From Lytechinus pictus (taxonomy: Eukaryota): a DNA stretch of 64,000 nt. The stretch spans positions 41,356,001-41,420,000 of the forward strand of contig NC_087251.1 of NCBI RefSeq assembly GCF_037042905.1. The letters are read 5' to 3'. Within the stretch, counting starts at the first letter, position 1. Each line of letters starts with the position of its first letter. This document shows positions 34,301 through 46,468 of this stretch, in pieces. The notes beneath the pieces are model-generated. The model saw nothing but the letters and a program-made list of their open reading frames with translations. It was not told the DNA's origin and did no database searches. The translations under genes were made by a program, and so were the position numbers.

Positions 34301-35706
34301 TGCCCCGGGCAATCAGGCAAGTACTTATGTAGCACCCTGATATAAAGTGCTAACTGCTAAATCCAATTTGTAGGGAGCGATTGGTGCATAAAGAATTCCT
34401 TCATGCATTTACTTGAATACCTGATAAGACTACAGCTGTACATTATAGGGATGTGTAATACATTTATTTGTAAAGTTTGCTATGATTTTATGGAGAAGTG
34501 ATATGACAAGCAAAATGAATACCTCCAAGCCATTTTTTCATTTAAAATATCTTAAAGTTGAAATATGCAGATATTGATTAATCTTAGCACTTTTAACGCA
34601 GAATTTTAGGCCAAATAGTGTTTTTTTGCCACAATTGAACAAATATTCTTGGAAGTTATCTTTTATTGGAATCTCAGCGTGAAATATTGTACAATTTTTT
34701 GGCACTTCATATTTCAGGCAAGTACAGACAGTACACCTTCATTTCTAATCTAGACTGGACAATACTTCAATAATAAATAAAAAAAGATAAAAATAGAAGA
34801 AAGAAAATTGAAATAAACCTGCTATGTAGACTGTTGAGAACTGTCTTAATAAAAAAGAAAACACTTTTAACACAGAATTTTAGGCCAAATAGTATTTTTT
34901 GCCACAATTGAACTAATATTCTTGGAAGTACAGTTATCTTTTAATGGAATCTCAGCATGAAATATTTTACAATTTTTGGCCCTTCATATTCCAGGCAAGT
35001 ACAGACAGTACTATGGAACACCTTCATTTCTAATCTAGACTGGACAATACCGGTACTTCAATAGTAAATAATTTATTAAAAAAATAGAAGAAAGAAAATT
35101 GGAATAAAGCTGCTATGTAGACTGTAGCGAACTGTCTTAATGATAATAAAAAAAACACTTTACCAACTAAGTATGTAGATGACTATTCCACTCACCATGT
35201 CCATTTATATTCTTTCCCCTAACTCATTCTATATGCCATTGCTATAAAATAAGCTACCTTTCTGCACGTCCAGCACTTTTTTTTCTCCATTTCTGTTTCA
35301 ATACACGGACTGCTCATACCATGATATTTTGAGAGCATGATGATTTTTCATGTAAACCAGGATACAGAGACAAATTGTTTTTAAGAAGGTGCCACGTATA
35401 TAGGCGTCAGATGTACATATTTCGTATAATTCCCAAATGCTTATAACATTATGTCTACGATTATGGTGAATAATGTGTTGTTATTTTTCTTCCTTTGGCC
35501 ATACAGGGAAGCTGAAACCGTTTGCCGAGAGCAAAATCAACAGCACCAACGTGAGGGCTCCTCCTTCCAATGTAGCGACTGCGAAGACGATGATTAAGAA
35601 ACCCGTATTGAAGGGGCGTGATGCGAGGAGGGCGGGTAACATCAAACATCGTACTCAGAAGAGAAATGATAGCTTCATGGCTAACCGGGGTATCACTGGA
35701 TGCTAG
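22346..35706 (+). CDS. NUSAP1: Nucleolar and spindle-associated protein 1-like, 10 exons (about 648 aa) plus a candidate microexon
   Basis: Exons 22346-22441, 25589-25708, 26305-26475, 27081-27215, 27945-28069, 28605/28608-28981, 31851-32020, [32293-32313], 32545-32986, 33745-33858, 35507-35706. GT-AG with consistent phases. N-terminal SAP-like helix [23 protein letters not shown], central [15 protein letters not shown] and C-terminal [22 protein letters not shown] match NuSAP family motifs. The middle exons are low-complexity and less certain. Confidence 0.9.
22605..23142. mobile_element. About 540-bp foldback element in NUSAP1 intron 1
   Basis: gggagcccaggagcttaccgtg... pairs with ...cacggtaagcccctgggctccc almost to the centre near 22910 (gatcggccatttt / aaaatggccgatc). 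Confidence 0.85.
23667..24276. mobile_element. TTAA/AGGGGAATCC MITE, family D, full copy
   Basis: ttaa-aggggaatcca ... tggattcccct-ttaa; a 5'-truncated copy lies at 36365..36984. Confidence 0.88.
24516..25104. mobile_element. TTAA/AGGAGAATGAAAC MITE, family C, copy 2
   Basis: ttaa-aggagaatgaaac ... gtttcattctcct-ttaa with long internal inverted arms. Confidence 0.88.
25756..25949. mobile_element. Small MITE
   Basis: atgggcaattccataaaata / tattttatggaattatccat, with inner tccgaccccca / tgggggtcgga. Confidence 0.65.
27248..27406. mobile_element. Short foldback MITE (GGGCCCGTTTCA termini)
   Basis: Near-perfect palindrome: aaaggacttgcaactgttgtaactttgccat / atggcaaagttacaacagttgcaagtccttt. Confidence 0.85.
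29048..29297 (+). mobile_element. tRNA-derived SINE
   Basis: A box TGGCTCAGTGG, degenerate B box GAGTTTAAATCC, core CCACCCAGGTGTAGTAAATGGGTACCCGGTAGGAAG, tail gcagcgcttagaaac...cgctatataaatg...tattatta. Confidence 0.85.
29426..31293. mobile_element. 1.87-kb non-autonomous DNA transposon
   Basis: TIRs caaggctcgacatta / taatgtggagccttg; subterminal ggtggcccg / cgggccacc repeats at both ends; AAGATG on both flanks; no credible ORF. Confidence 0.8.
31391..31754. repeat. Near-perfect inverted repeat with arms of about 125 bp
   Basis: 31391-31516 is essentially the reverse complement of 31628-31754; weaker pairing continues into the loop. Confidence 0.93.
33926..34339. mobile_element. hAT-like MITE
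   Basis: TIRs CAGGGTGCTACATAA / TTATGTAGCACCCTG, perfect 8-bp TSD ATATAAAG, internal cttgccc / gggcaa subrepeats. Confidence 0.92.
34588..35163. repeat. Tandem direct duplication of about 275-295 bp in the last NUSAP1 intron
   Basis: cacttttaac(g/a)cagaattttaggccaaatagt at 34588 and 34862; cactttta again at 35156. Confidence 0.92.
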
Positions 35707-36364
35707 GATTACCCTCCGTTGCTTTTTAGATGTTATTATGAATTGAAATGAAATTCACCAACAGTTTCTCAAATCTTATTACAAAAAAAACAACAACTGG
35801 GAGCTCTGGGCTATTTCACCACCATTTTTACCCAGATTTTTCCAAGAGCCCCAGAAAACTAAAAAGAGCTCCAAAATTCCCATAAGACTAATTTATGTAA
35901 ACTGTAATGTAATGGAATAAACTTTGGCTGGTGATATCAAAAAGTAGCCTTGGATTATTGTATTTTTTTAAGATCAATCTTTGGCCTGGAACAGACAGAT
36001 GGAGGAAATGGTCGCTTCATACATTGTGTATGGCTTTATTCATCTGAAAGGAAGAGTGTGAAATATGTCACGAAGTGTAGTGGAACGAAAGACAGGCGGT
36101 GAAGATATTTTTATTACTTCCACTATTTAAACGTTTTCCTGTCGTTTTGACTGCTAAATTCTTTTAAACTGTTCTATGTATGCTTCACATTGCTGTTTGT
36201 GAAGTAATGCATGAATGACCTTTTTTAAATTACTGATCAGTGGAATATGAAATGCCAAACGGGAATCCCAAATTTTTTATTAGATTTTTACGAGGTGTAT
36301 CTGTATCGTTCAGTCTGCAAAATACCAGGATTGGCACATCACGCTAACTTGAAGAGCACTCTTA

Positions 36365-36984
36365 AGTAAATATTGGTAATCACTATACCCATGAAGACTT
36401 CAAATTGGCATCATATATAATTTCATAGTGATGAAAGGCAAGGACTACTCTTCCATGTACTCCAATACATAAAATGGCTAAAATGTCATTTTTATTCAAA
36501 AGTTTTACTTCAAACTGTATTTTATTTTTGTTTCATGAAGACATCAAACAATATACTACCAGGGTACTTAGGAGAAAACCACCAATACCTGATAATTAGG
36601 TACATGGCCAACAGGAAAGTTGTCCCTGCCCCTTGTCATAATTTACTTACCCAGTTGAGGCTGCGATGAATGCAAGGAATGCTCCCCAGGGAGTGGAAAT
36701 TGTGCACTTTTCGTGCGGGATTGAAATGAATCCAATGACCGGGGTAATAATATGCTGTAAAGCGCTTTGAGCCATTTCTGGGAAAAGTGCTATATAAAAA
36801 TTGGCTATTATTATTATTATTATTGCCAATTTGAAATTGACATAGTCTTAGGGATCTCAATTCTACAACAGCCATAACTTCCTTATTGCTTGTCCGATTT
36901 CTTTCAAACTTTCACAATTCTGTTTTATTTATTTTTCTTCTTTCCAACACAACATTTTATGACCAAGGCTTGATTTCCATTTAA
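36365..36984. mobile_element. 5'-truncated copy of TTAA MITE family D carrying a nested retroposon 3' end (about 36658-36823)
   Basis: Colinear with 23793..24276 except for an insert of about 165 bp ending aagcgctttgag...gtgctatataaaaattggc(tat)n. Confidence 0.85.
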
Positions 36985-37471
36985 TTTTTTTTTAGATAAC
37001 TTTTCCATTGTATATACAATAAATTTAAAAAAATGATCACTTTAGGCAGAATTTTTCTCCGGATTTTCATTCATTTTGACATCCTGAAAATTTATTTTAA
37101 GAAGAAACTGTAATAAAATATTTTGTAAATGAGCAGAGGGGGTAACTATATTTCATCCTCAAAATGTTATTCTAAAGTTCATAAAAACATGAATAAAAAA
37201 AAAAAAGGAGGTCTGGTTGCTGCGCTATCTCACAGCCAGCAATTTTCATCTTTATTTAAAAATAAACTTCTGTTTTTTATTATATTTAATAGTAGAAGTG
37301 ACCATTAATTGCAGAGTTTCTGAATTGTAAGTAACATTTTTCCCTGAGTTTCCACCTCACACTCTGATGCCAACACAATTATAAATAACTAAATAAATTG
37401 TCGGATAAGATACAGTGGAAAATTGATTTAGATATCATGTGCCAAAGACTTGCTTTTTATCATTAGATCTG

Positions 37472-37631
37472 GTGGGTGTTTCATTAAGCTGTTGGTAAAT
37501 TAAGAGCGACTTTAAGAATGACTGGTGATCCTTTCTTACACGCTAAACCATCGCCTATGGTGTGTATACCATTTACCAATAAAGGATCACCAGTCGTTCT
37601 TATCTTACGAACAGCTTTATGAAACACCCAC
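37472..37631. mobile_element. Harbinger-like MITE with CTG TSD
   Basis: ctg-gtgggtgtttcattaagctgtt ... aacagctttatgaaacacccac-ctg. Confidence 0.82.
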
Positions 37632-38836
37632 CTGTTGTCTTTAAATCTTAAGAATGGAGGATATTTACCTTCTTTTTTTTTTATGTACATTACTATTATT
37701 GTTATTTTGAAAATTTTACTAGATTTGCAGTTAGTTTACAAACTTTTAACCTCTAATTAATTCTTCAATCCAAGATAATTGATTCACGACCTTTTTTAAT
37801 TTGTATAGATTGGCTTGACCTTGAAAATGTCACACACTGACACTGTCCACTCGGGAATATTAACAGTTTGTTCTATATAATATCCTTCCCCCTTTTTATT
37901 GCTCTATGAGAAAACACTATATAGAGATAATTCCCTTGCTTTTGTTCATGATTAAAAGGTCGGGGTATGGCCTACACTTTTTAGGATATGCACTTAAAAT
38001 CAGAAATATTTCCATTTCTCTTGTCTACTACTTTGGAAATCCCTCTACTTCGTGTAAATGTATCATATGTACATTCATAGTTTATATATACAATGTACTT
38101 TCAAATTTGGATGTGCGATGTGCTCACTTATGATGGTAGAATGTTGTAAGTTTTCTTTTTATTTAGAGCACTATAATGAAGTTTGTTTCGTACATGTAAT
38201 TAGAAAATAGAGGTGATATTTAACTCTTTTTTAAATCTGATTGTATGATAATAATAACATTTAGGGGATTTTATTTTAGGATTGGTTTTAATGTTGTTAG
38301 TCATGATAAATGCAGTATGTTCATTTACACATATTGTTAACAGTTATTATGTATTTTACTCCATTCGTATTATTGATAAGGTGATAGTGATTGTTCTTTT
38401 GTACATTTTAATACGATTCATAGGAAAATGTTTTCTATCTTGTTTCTTGTAGTAATACAGTAGTTTCTTTCTCACCAAAATTCTCAAAAACAATTAAATC
38501 ATGTCCCACACATTCTAGACTACACTGTAACATACATGTGCCTGTATTTAGTAGCATTAATGTTCATATGATATGACACTACACATTCTTATTTTCCATT
38601 TTCCCATATATTGTGAAAATGATTGTACATATGTAAAAAATGCACATAGAACAAGATAAATGCAAAATAGCATTTTTGCTTGTAAATAATAAAATAAAGG
38701 CCTTTTTGTACATCCTCCTGGAAAAATAGTACATTGAATTTGCTTATGTCTTGTTTGTATGTATATTGAAGATGAGAATTCAGCAAATGATACATTTTTT
38801 TTTAATTCTCTGATCCAAGCATTATGTGAAGGTATA

Positions 38837-39434
38837 CAGTTGAGGCCAGAAATTTACATACACCCGGGAATTTCAAAGAAAAGTTAACACTTGCCAAACA
38901 TCATAACAGCTACTGTATCTTATAGAATATTTGTGCTATCATGACGAATATGATATCAAACAAATAAGTATTCCATGCCCCTCCATCACATTGCTTTGTC
39001 ATCAGCAGCTGAAAAATATTTAGGTGTCATTTTTCCCAAAAAAGTCTTCATATTTTGGGCAAATTAAAAATAAAAACTTGACAAAAACATTTCAGATTAC
39101 ACTGTTTTGTGCAGTGGTGACATATCATGATAGAAAATGTAATTTAAATCATAGATTTGACATTTCTATATTTCTATGAAACGATGTTTGAAAATATAAA
39201 CAATAGAATACATTTGGAACAAAATTTACTTTTTTCCCTCAAAGAAAATTCCACTTGAAATATACTTTAATCCCAATAGCATATCATGTGAAAGAGCTTA
39301 ATATGCTCTTTTATTTGATACCAAATTCGTCATGGTAGTATTTATATTTCTGAAGATATAGTAAATTTTACGATGTTTGGCATGTGAACAAATTTTACTG
39401 AATTCCGGGTGATGTAAACTTTTGGCCACAACTG
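38837..39434. mobile_element. Tc1/mariner-like MITE
   Basis: TA-cagttgaggccagaaatttacatacacccgg ... ccgggtgatgtaaacttttggccacaactg-TA; CAGT termini and TA TSD. Confidence 0.85.
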
Positions 39435-40075
39435 TATGAGGGATATATTAATTTGTATTTCTGTTATCAGAGATAGAAATTCACAGATTGTCAAGAAAAG
39501 AAACTTCAAAATAATCACTATGCAAATTAGTTGCAAGTATCTGTCACTTTTGTTTCTTACGGAAAGATTATTGTTTGCGTTTTTAGTTTTTGGGGAAATA
39601 TCATGAGATACCATGTCATACTGTTCTAGATTATCTGAGGTCACGACATCCATTTTCTTTTCTGTCAGGTATCGATTAAACCTTTCCACTTCATGCATTC
39701 AACCTATGTACAGGGTAAAATATTCCACTATGTTCAAAGGAGTACAGTCCTAGACTATATCAAATTCCTTATGACCCGGGAAAATCTTTTTTACTTCCTG
39801 GACAAAGTTTGACTTAAGGGTAAAATATTCCATTTTGAGATATGGAATACAGTTGACATTAGTACATGATCAACTATTTCAAAACTTTGGAACAAACAAA
39901 ATCTTTTTTATTTTCATGGCGCATTTCAACTTAGAAGACCCAAATAATACTTTTCAAAATGTAGTCTAAAAAATTTCTTCGACTTAAGAAGTGATTTCAA
40001 TTTTGCAATTAAACCCAAATGCCAGTCCTAACAATCTATCTCAAAGTTTTTCTGTCTTTCTTATTTCTCTCTTAA

Positions 40076-42373
40076 GGACGTTCCACAGTTAAAATGAAGT
40101 CCATGTCATTTTCACCAAATTTTGCAGAGAGTTACTTTGGTATCTATGCATTATGAAAATGCAAAAAATAATATAGGTTCATGTGCTTATTTTTTTTCTA
40201 CGGGTCTCCAAATTCGCCGTATTTGAATGATATGCAATCTTGTGCAATCAAGAGAATTATGCCCCTCTTAGACCTCACGAATTTTCAAATTCGTTTAAAT
40301 CATCTTTACTGAGTGGATACCGCATCAAACTTCATCAAATTTTCAAGATATATTACAAAGTGTATACCAAAGGGTACCAAAGTAAGAGAAAGTCTTTTAA
40401 GTGGTAAAACTATATCTATTTGGAGTCATCAGCGCCCTCATTTGGCAAGAATTGTGCAAAAACTCGGAAAAAGCAAATCTTCAAAGACGTGAATATATTT
40501 TTACTCAAAAATTAAAAAAGTATTTTGTAATCTGCACTTTTTTCAAAATCCATGTCATCTTCATCAAATTCATCCAAATTGTAGAAGAATGCATATCGAA
40601 GGTGTAGGAAAGTTAAAAATATGGGGTCCATGTGCTCGTTTTTTAACTATGAGTGTCCGAAGTGATGCGAGTTGGCATGAAAATCGCCAAAAATGCGCCC
40701 AAAACGTGCAAAAGTCTAATTATGCCGTCTAAAATGCGAATGGTTCCGTAGTTTTGCCCCCGAACACTCAAAATCCATGTCATTTTCATCATACTCTCTA
40801 GATTTGTAGAGAAATATATTCTAAAGGCATTAAAATATTAAAAATATGGGGTCCATGTGCTCGTTTTTAAACTGTCAGTGTCCAAAGTGTTGCGAGTTGG
40901 CTTGAAAATATTGAAATCCACCTAAAATGCGCCGAAAACGTGCAAAAGTCTAATAATACCGTCTAAAATGTGAATGGTTCCGTTGTTTTGCTCCCTAACA
41001 TTCAAAATCCATGTCAATTTCATCCTACTCTCTAGATTTGTAGAGAAATATATTCTTAAGGCATTAAAATATTGAAAACATGGGGTCCATGTGCTCGTTT
41101 TTAAACTATCAGTGTCTAAACGGTTGCGAGTTGGCTTGAAACAGCCCAAAATGCGCCAAAAACACGCACAAGTCTTATAATACCGTCCGAAATGTATAAA
41201 ATAAGAATGGTTCCGTAGTTTTGCTCCCAAACATTCAAAATCCATGTCATTTTCATCATACTCTCTAGATTTGTAGAGGAATATATTTTGAATAAGTTAA
41301 GATATTTAAACTATGGGGTCCATGTGCTCGTTTTCAAATTATCAGTGTCCAAAATATTGTGGGTTGGCTTGAAACAGCCCAAAATGCGCCGAAAACAAGC
41401 AAAATAATGTCTGTTAATACCGTATAAAATGCGAATGGTTCCGTAGTCTTGCTGCCAAACATTGAAAATCCATGTCATTTTCATCATACTTTGCACATAG
41501 ATACTTTAGCATCTGAATATTCCAAATATACAAAAATTTACATGGGTCCATGTGCTTGATTTTTTGCTATAGAGCTTCAAAGTTAACCCAAAATGAATGA
41601 TGTTTTTAATAATTGCGCATCCAAAAGAATTTGGCATTTTTAGACCTCACGAGATCACGATAATAATGAGTTTAAAGCTCTATAACTCAGTCAAAATCCA
41701 TGAAGATTTCATCAAATTTTGCAATATGATTAATAATTGTATCCGTAAGATGGATCATTTATTTATTTTGCTTTCAATTGTTTGCTCATTGAAGTCTTAC
41801 AACACTCTCGTTCTTAAAAATTGCGGGAAAGATATTCAACCTCAAAAAATTCAAATTTCAATAACAAACTTGAGAAGTAAAAAAATGCTGCACTTTAGTC
41901 AAAACCCATGTCATTTTCACCAAAATTTGCCCAAGTTGTAGAGGAAGCTATACCTTAGAGGGGCAAACATTAAAAAATATGGGTTCATGTGCTTGTTTTC
42001 AAACTATCAGCACTCTTATTATAGCAATTTGCTTCTTAAAACACCCGAAAACGCGCCAAAAGCTTTGTATCTATATAATTATGTGAGGAAAAATTCCGAA
42101 CCACTTTTCCATTTATTCATCATACTTTGCAGCACTACAGAGAAACTATTTTGAAATTGTAGAGGAATAAATAAAATGGTCCATGGAATAATTCAAGTTT
42201 ATTAGCTTCATAAAATAACACATCGGATCTGCAGTTAGTGCAGATAAGGAGAAAAATCAGCTCACATATAACCTACAGCTGATTAATCACCAGTTCATCC
42301 ATTGTGACGTCAGCGCGCAGAGTGTAAAATAAGTGCAGATCATGATGCGCACAAACATAACTGTGGAACGTCC
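40076..42373. mobile_element. 2.3-kb TTAA-flanked non-autonomous element filled with about 230-bp tandem subrepeats
   Basis: Perfect 16-bp TIR GGACGTTCCACAGTTA / TAACTGTGGAACGTCC with TTAA on both sides. The motifs ccatgtcattttca and gggtccatgtgctcg recur about every 225-235 bp. Confidence 0.9.
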
Positions 42374-42494
42374 TTAACATCTCTTTCTCTCTGTCCACCA
42401 CTTTCTCTATCTAGTCTACAAGCACAGACCTTTTAATGCATAATGTAGAGGTCTGAAGTAGTGAGACTAGATTCATTATGCACTGTGACACAGA

Positions 42495-42776
42495 GGCCTG
42501 TATTCTGAAGTCGGGTTTAACTTAAACTCGGGTTTAAAGTTGTGGTTTAAGTATGGATAGCCAATTGTTACATAAATCATCAAGGGTAGGGATATCATAT
42601 TTCAGCTCATTTGGCTCTCAAATAATTCACAATTGTCTAGGAAGTATAAATAGATGATTGTCTTCACCATCGGTGAATCAGGACGGGGCACAGTAAACAT
42701 AAGAAACATACAACTTAATAAAAAATTTGACACTTTTGGCTTCCCATACTTTTAGCACTAACTTCAGAATACGGGC
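42495..42776. mobile_element. Harbinger-like MITE, copy 2, nested in an older small element (about 42412-42838)
   Basis: Inverted homologue of 6517..6847. The host has tagtctacaagcacagac / gtctgtgcttacagagta ends, and its right half matches 54892-54978. Confidence 0.78.
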
Positions 42777-42913
42777 AAGAGAGTTTGGCATCTAGTCTCC
42801 ATCCTAGACATGGTATATGAGTCTGTGCTTACAGAGTACCCCTTTCTCTCTCTCTCTTACTCTGCCCTTTTCCCATTCACAATCTCCCCTTCCATTGCTC
42901 CCATTTCCTTTAC

Positions 42914-43511
42914 TTGAAGGTCAAGTCCTTCCCCACCAAATCACAAAATTGTTGTCTTGGATAAAAAGAGAGAAATAAAACAAGCATAACGCTGAAAATT
43001 TCATCAAAATCAGATGTACAATAAGAAAGTTATGACAATTAAGTTTCCCCTATTTTTCACAAAACAAATTAATGCACAACTCAGTGGTATGCAAATGTCT
43101 GAATGAGAGAATCGATGATGCTCCTTACAATTTCTTTTGGTTTTCATTGTTTGAATTTTACAAATATTTCAAATTTTACCGATTTGACAATAATGGCCAT
43201 CTCGACAACCACAAAATGTTAAAACAGTGGCAATTCAACATGTTCAGGAAAGAATAAAACTTTGTTTCACATGAGGAGAAAATCAAAATATTTCGTACAA
43301 TGAAATACAAAATAAAATAGTGAGTGGGTGATGTCATCAGTTCCCTCATTTGCATACTGACCAGGATGTTTTGTGAAATTTAGCATAATTTGAATATGTC
43401 TTAATTTTCTTATTTTACATCTGATTTTGATGAAATTTTCAGTGTTATGCTTTTTGGATTTTTCTCTTTTTATTCAAATTGACTTTTTGTTGGGGTGGAC
43501 TTGTCCTTTAA
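42914..43511. mobile_element. TTAA/AGG MITE, family B, copy 2
   Basis: aggtcaagtccttcccc ... ggggtggacttgtcct-ttaa; colinear with 17207..17780. Confidence 0.83.
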
Positions 43512-46091
43512 TTTCCACCTCCTTTGCTCTGTTTTTTCTACCCCTCTCTGTTTCTTTCTCTTCCCTTCAGTCTCTAAATCATATCCACACACTTCATTAA
43601 ATCACACACCCATTAAAGAATGTTCATAGATGATAAGTCATGCCCATGGAATGCTTTGCCGATCACATTAACATGCAACATAAACTTCAAATAAAAATTC
43701 ACATCATGCATATTGACTATCATTTCAACAGCTGCAAAAAGCATTTTATATATTTAATTTTGATACATGCGGAAACATTTATGTTACAAATGACAACGTT
43801 CTGTTTATTTGATTTTCTAATATTGTAATAAAAATATAAAAGTTTTTAATACAACACATATGTTCTTTTCCTCTCAGGCTTTGTGACATGCTTCGCATCA
43901 AAATAAAGAGTACAAAAAGGTTTTGGTTTACAGCCTCACTTTAACTAAACTATTACCTTTCATGCAACACTCAAAATACAACCAGGCTGCATTCCTGGTT
44001 GTAAGAAAACAAAAGGGCCGATGTAACAAGATAACAAACAGGGTCTGTGGCTTCAAGACTACACAACACTAACAAGCAAACAGGACATGGTGAAGAGAAA
44101 GATAATGAGGGGATTGGAATACCTTATATGGGCATACATATCATGGTACAGTATCTTGTCTTGTTTTTATCTCCAATGACATTTCTAACACCTTTTGAAG
44201 ATGATCAATATTGTTATTGATAATTTTTCTCCTCTAATCTTTTCAAGTTAACCCACAAATTAACCTTTACCTGAACGATTCAAGAAATTAATCAGCAATT
44301 ATGATACACTACACATACTGCATGCACGTCTAAATGAAACATGCATAAATGCATGGTATTACAGTATTAAACACAATCATCTTTTTGTACGTATTTGTTT
44401 CAAATCAATGACAATTCAATTAATTCATTATTGACTACTAAAACGAATCATTTGTAATAACTTTTAATTATGAAGACATTGATTACAACAAATCATTTAT
44501 TTTTTGACAATACAAATGACAAAAACCTTTTCATTATGGTATATGACTGGATCATTTAAAGTAACAGACTATATTTGCAAATGATAAAATGTAAATATTT
44601 GAAATACAAATAGAAAATACTTTTAATGTAGATATCATGCAAAATACTTAAATTCAAACAGCCTTATTGTGTTTCTTTGACCAATAACCAACCAATTTTA
44701 ATTTATTTGTCACAAATCTCAACAAACAAAATAAGTTGAAATTGAATCTCATTTTTATGTCTGATTTATGAAGAAAATATTTCTCTCCCACCTTTGGAAA
44801 CAAAGCTTATTCAATTTTCCTTGATTCATTTATACAGATGAGTTATCACTCTTTCTCTGCTAAAGTGTTTAAATGCAGATCATCTACGGTATGTACTCTG
44901 GCATATATATTGACTGGAATCCATATGAATCTAAAACGAGAGATGCCAAGTGGTAAATCAAATTAGTCTTATCTAAAACACTCCACATTCCCTTGTGAAA
45001 CTGACCTCATTTTGTTGATAAATACACAATCATAATCATAATCCCTATGTGGACTGTGAACAAATCATGTTTAGTACCAGTAAATCATATCAAGGAACTT
45101 GATATGATATGACAGTTGACCTAGATATGGTGAATTCTTAGAATGAAGCTACTAATAGTAATCTACTCAATCATATATAATTTAGCCATTTTCTTTTATA
45201 AACTGCCTTCTTCTTATTCTATTTTACAATTTAAACTCTGATATATTTTATTCTAGAAAATTCTTCTATTATGATCTCACTGCTCGATACCACCTGACTG
45301 AAAGTCTCTCTTCTGATCACAGTTTCAATGTGATATATATATATATATATACATTTCAAGATTCGATCCCCCAAATGGTTGTTTCGATTGAAAGATCAGG
45401 TAAAGAAAGAAGATTGTGAGGCACTAAGATGAAATGATCAGATACAAAATTATTGTAAACATGCAAATGGATTTTGCAATCATGAAACTTCTATTGTCAC
45501 TGGTATTTTGATTGACAGCAAAATTTCTGGATGAAGCTAGATGAAAAAAAAATGCAACAAGAACTGTAATTTGAGTATGCATTATTTCGATTTCATGTGT
45601 AGTGTGATTTTATAATACAATTTCTGATTTCAAATATAATATTAGAAGTCTTGAGAGTTGTCTAAAAACTTAACGCAGTACTGATGGCATAAAACACTGG
45701 CCTTTCATTGTAAACAAGTAGCAGAGTTTTTATTTTGCTTATTACTATTATCTTTCTGAAGTATATGAATTAGCTGATGATTATAGTCTAAATGAATACA
45801 AATAACAAAAAATAACCTACTAATTGAATTAACAAATAATTATCATTTTCCTTTCAATCAATTGAGACTGACATGACAAAGTTTTTTCTCAAAATGTCAA
45901 ATGTTTAATTGAAAACGCCTGAAGGTATCACAATAAACAAAAGTGATGCACATATAAGCACATGAAAAATATACAAGAAAATGCGTAGTTGATTTACTCT
46001 AGGAGGAATCATGAAATCTTATGCTAATTTTGAGAGCACAATATCCTCCTAAAACAAATGAATTGCTCAATGAAATGAACTATAATTCATA

Positions 46092-46468
46092 AACACTAAG
46101 AAATAGGGGGTTCAAATTTGAACCCTGGGGTTTGGTACATTAGCAACACACCAGGGGGTGCTAATGGGTGCAGTTATGCTCATTTTTGCACCTTTAAGGG
46201 TGCAATTAGCTTTAATTAAGCACCCTATAGGGTGCAGAAATGAACCATGTGATAAAAGTTCAAATCTGAACCTTTTTTAATGTCAAGTAGTATGCACCTT
46301 AAAAGGTTCAAAATCTTCAAATTTGCACTCAATAGGCTGAAACAAGCATTTCTTGGTTCAAATAATGATAAAAAGGTCATTTTGCACCTTTTGCCACGAG
46401 GGGTGCAATATTACACCCCTAAATGTTGGTACAAGCATTTCCTTTAGGGTTCAGAATTTCCTAGTGTT
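46092..46468. mobile_element. MITE with AACACTA..AAAT termini and internal GGTGCA/GGTTCA subrepeats
   Basis: aacactaagaaat ... atttcctagtgtt with TA on both flanks; many tgcacc / ggtgca / tgaacc motifs. Superfamily uncertain. Confidence 0.7.

Noticed and set aside
40922..41941. ORFs inside the 2.3-kb TTAA element as a possible transposase
   Set aside because: They are short translations of the 230-bp subrepeats, with no DDE or other recognisable domain.
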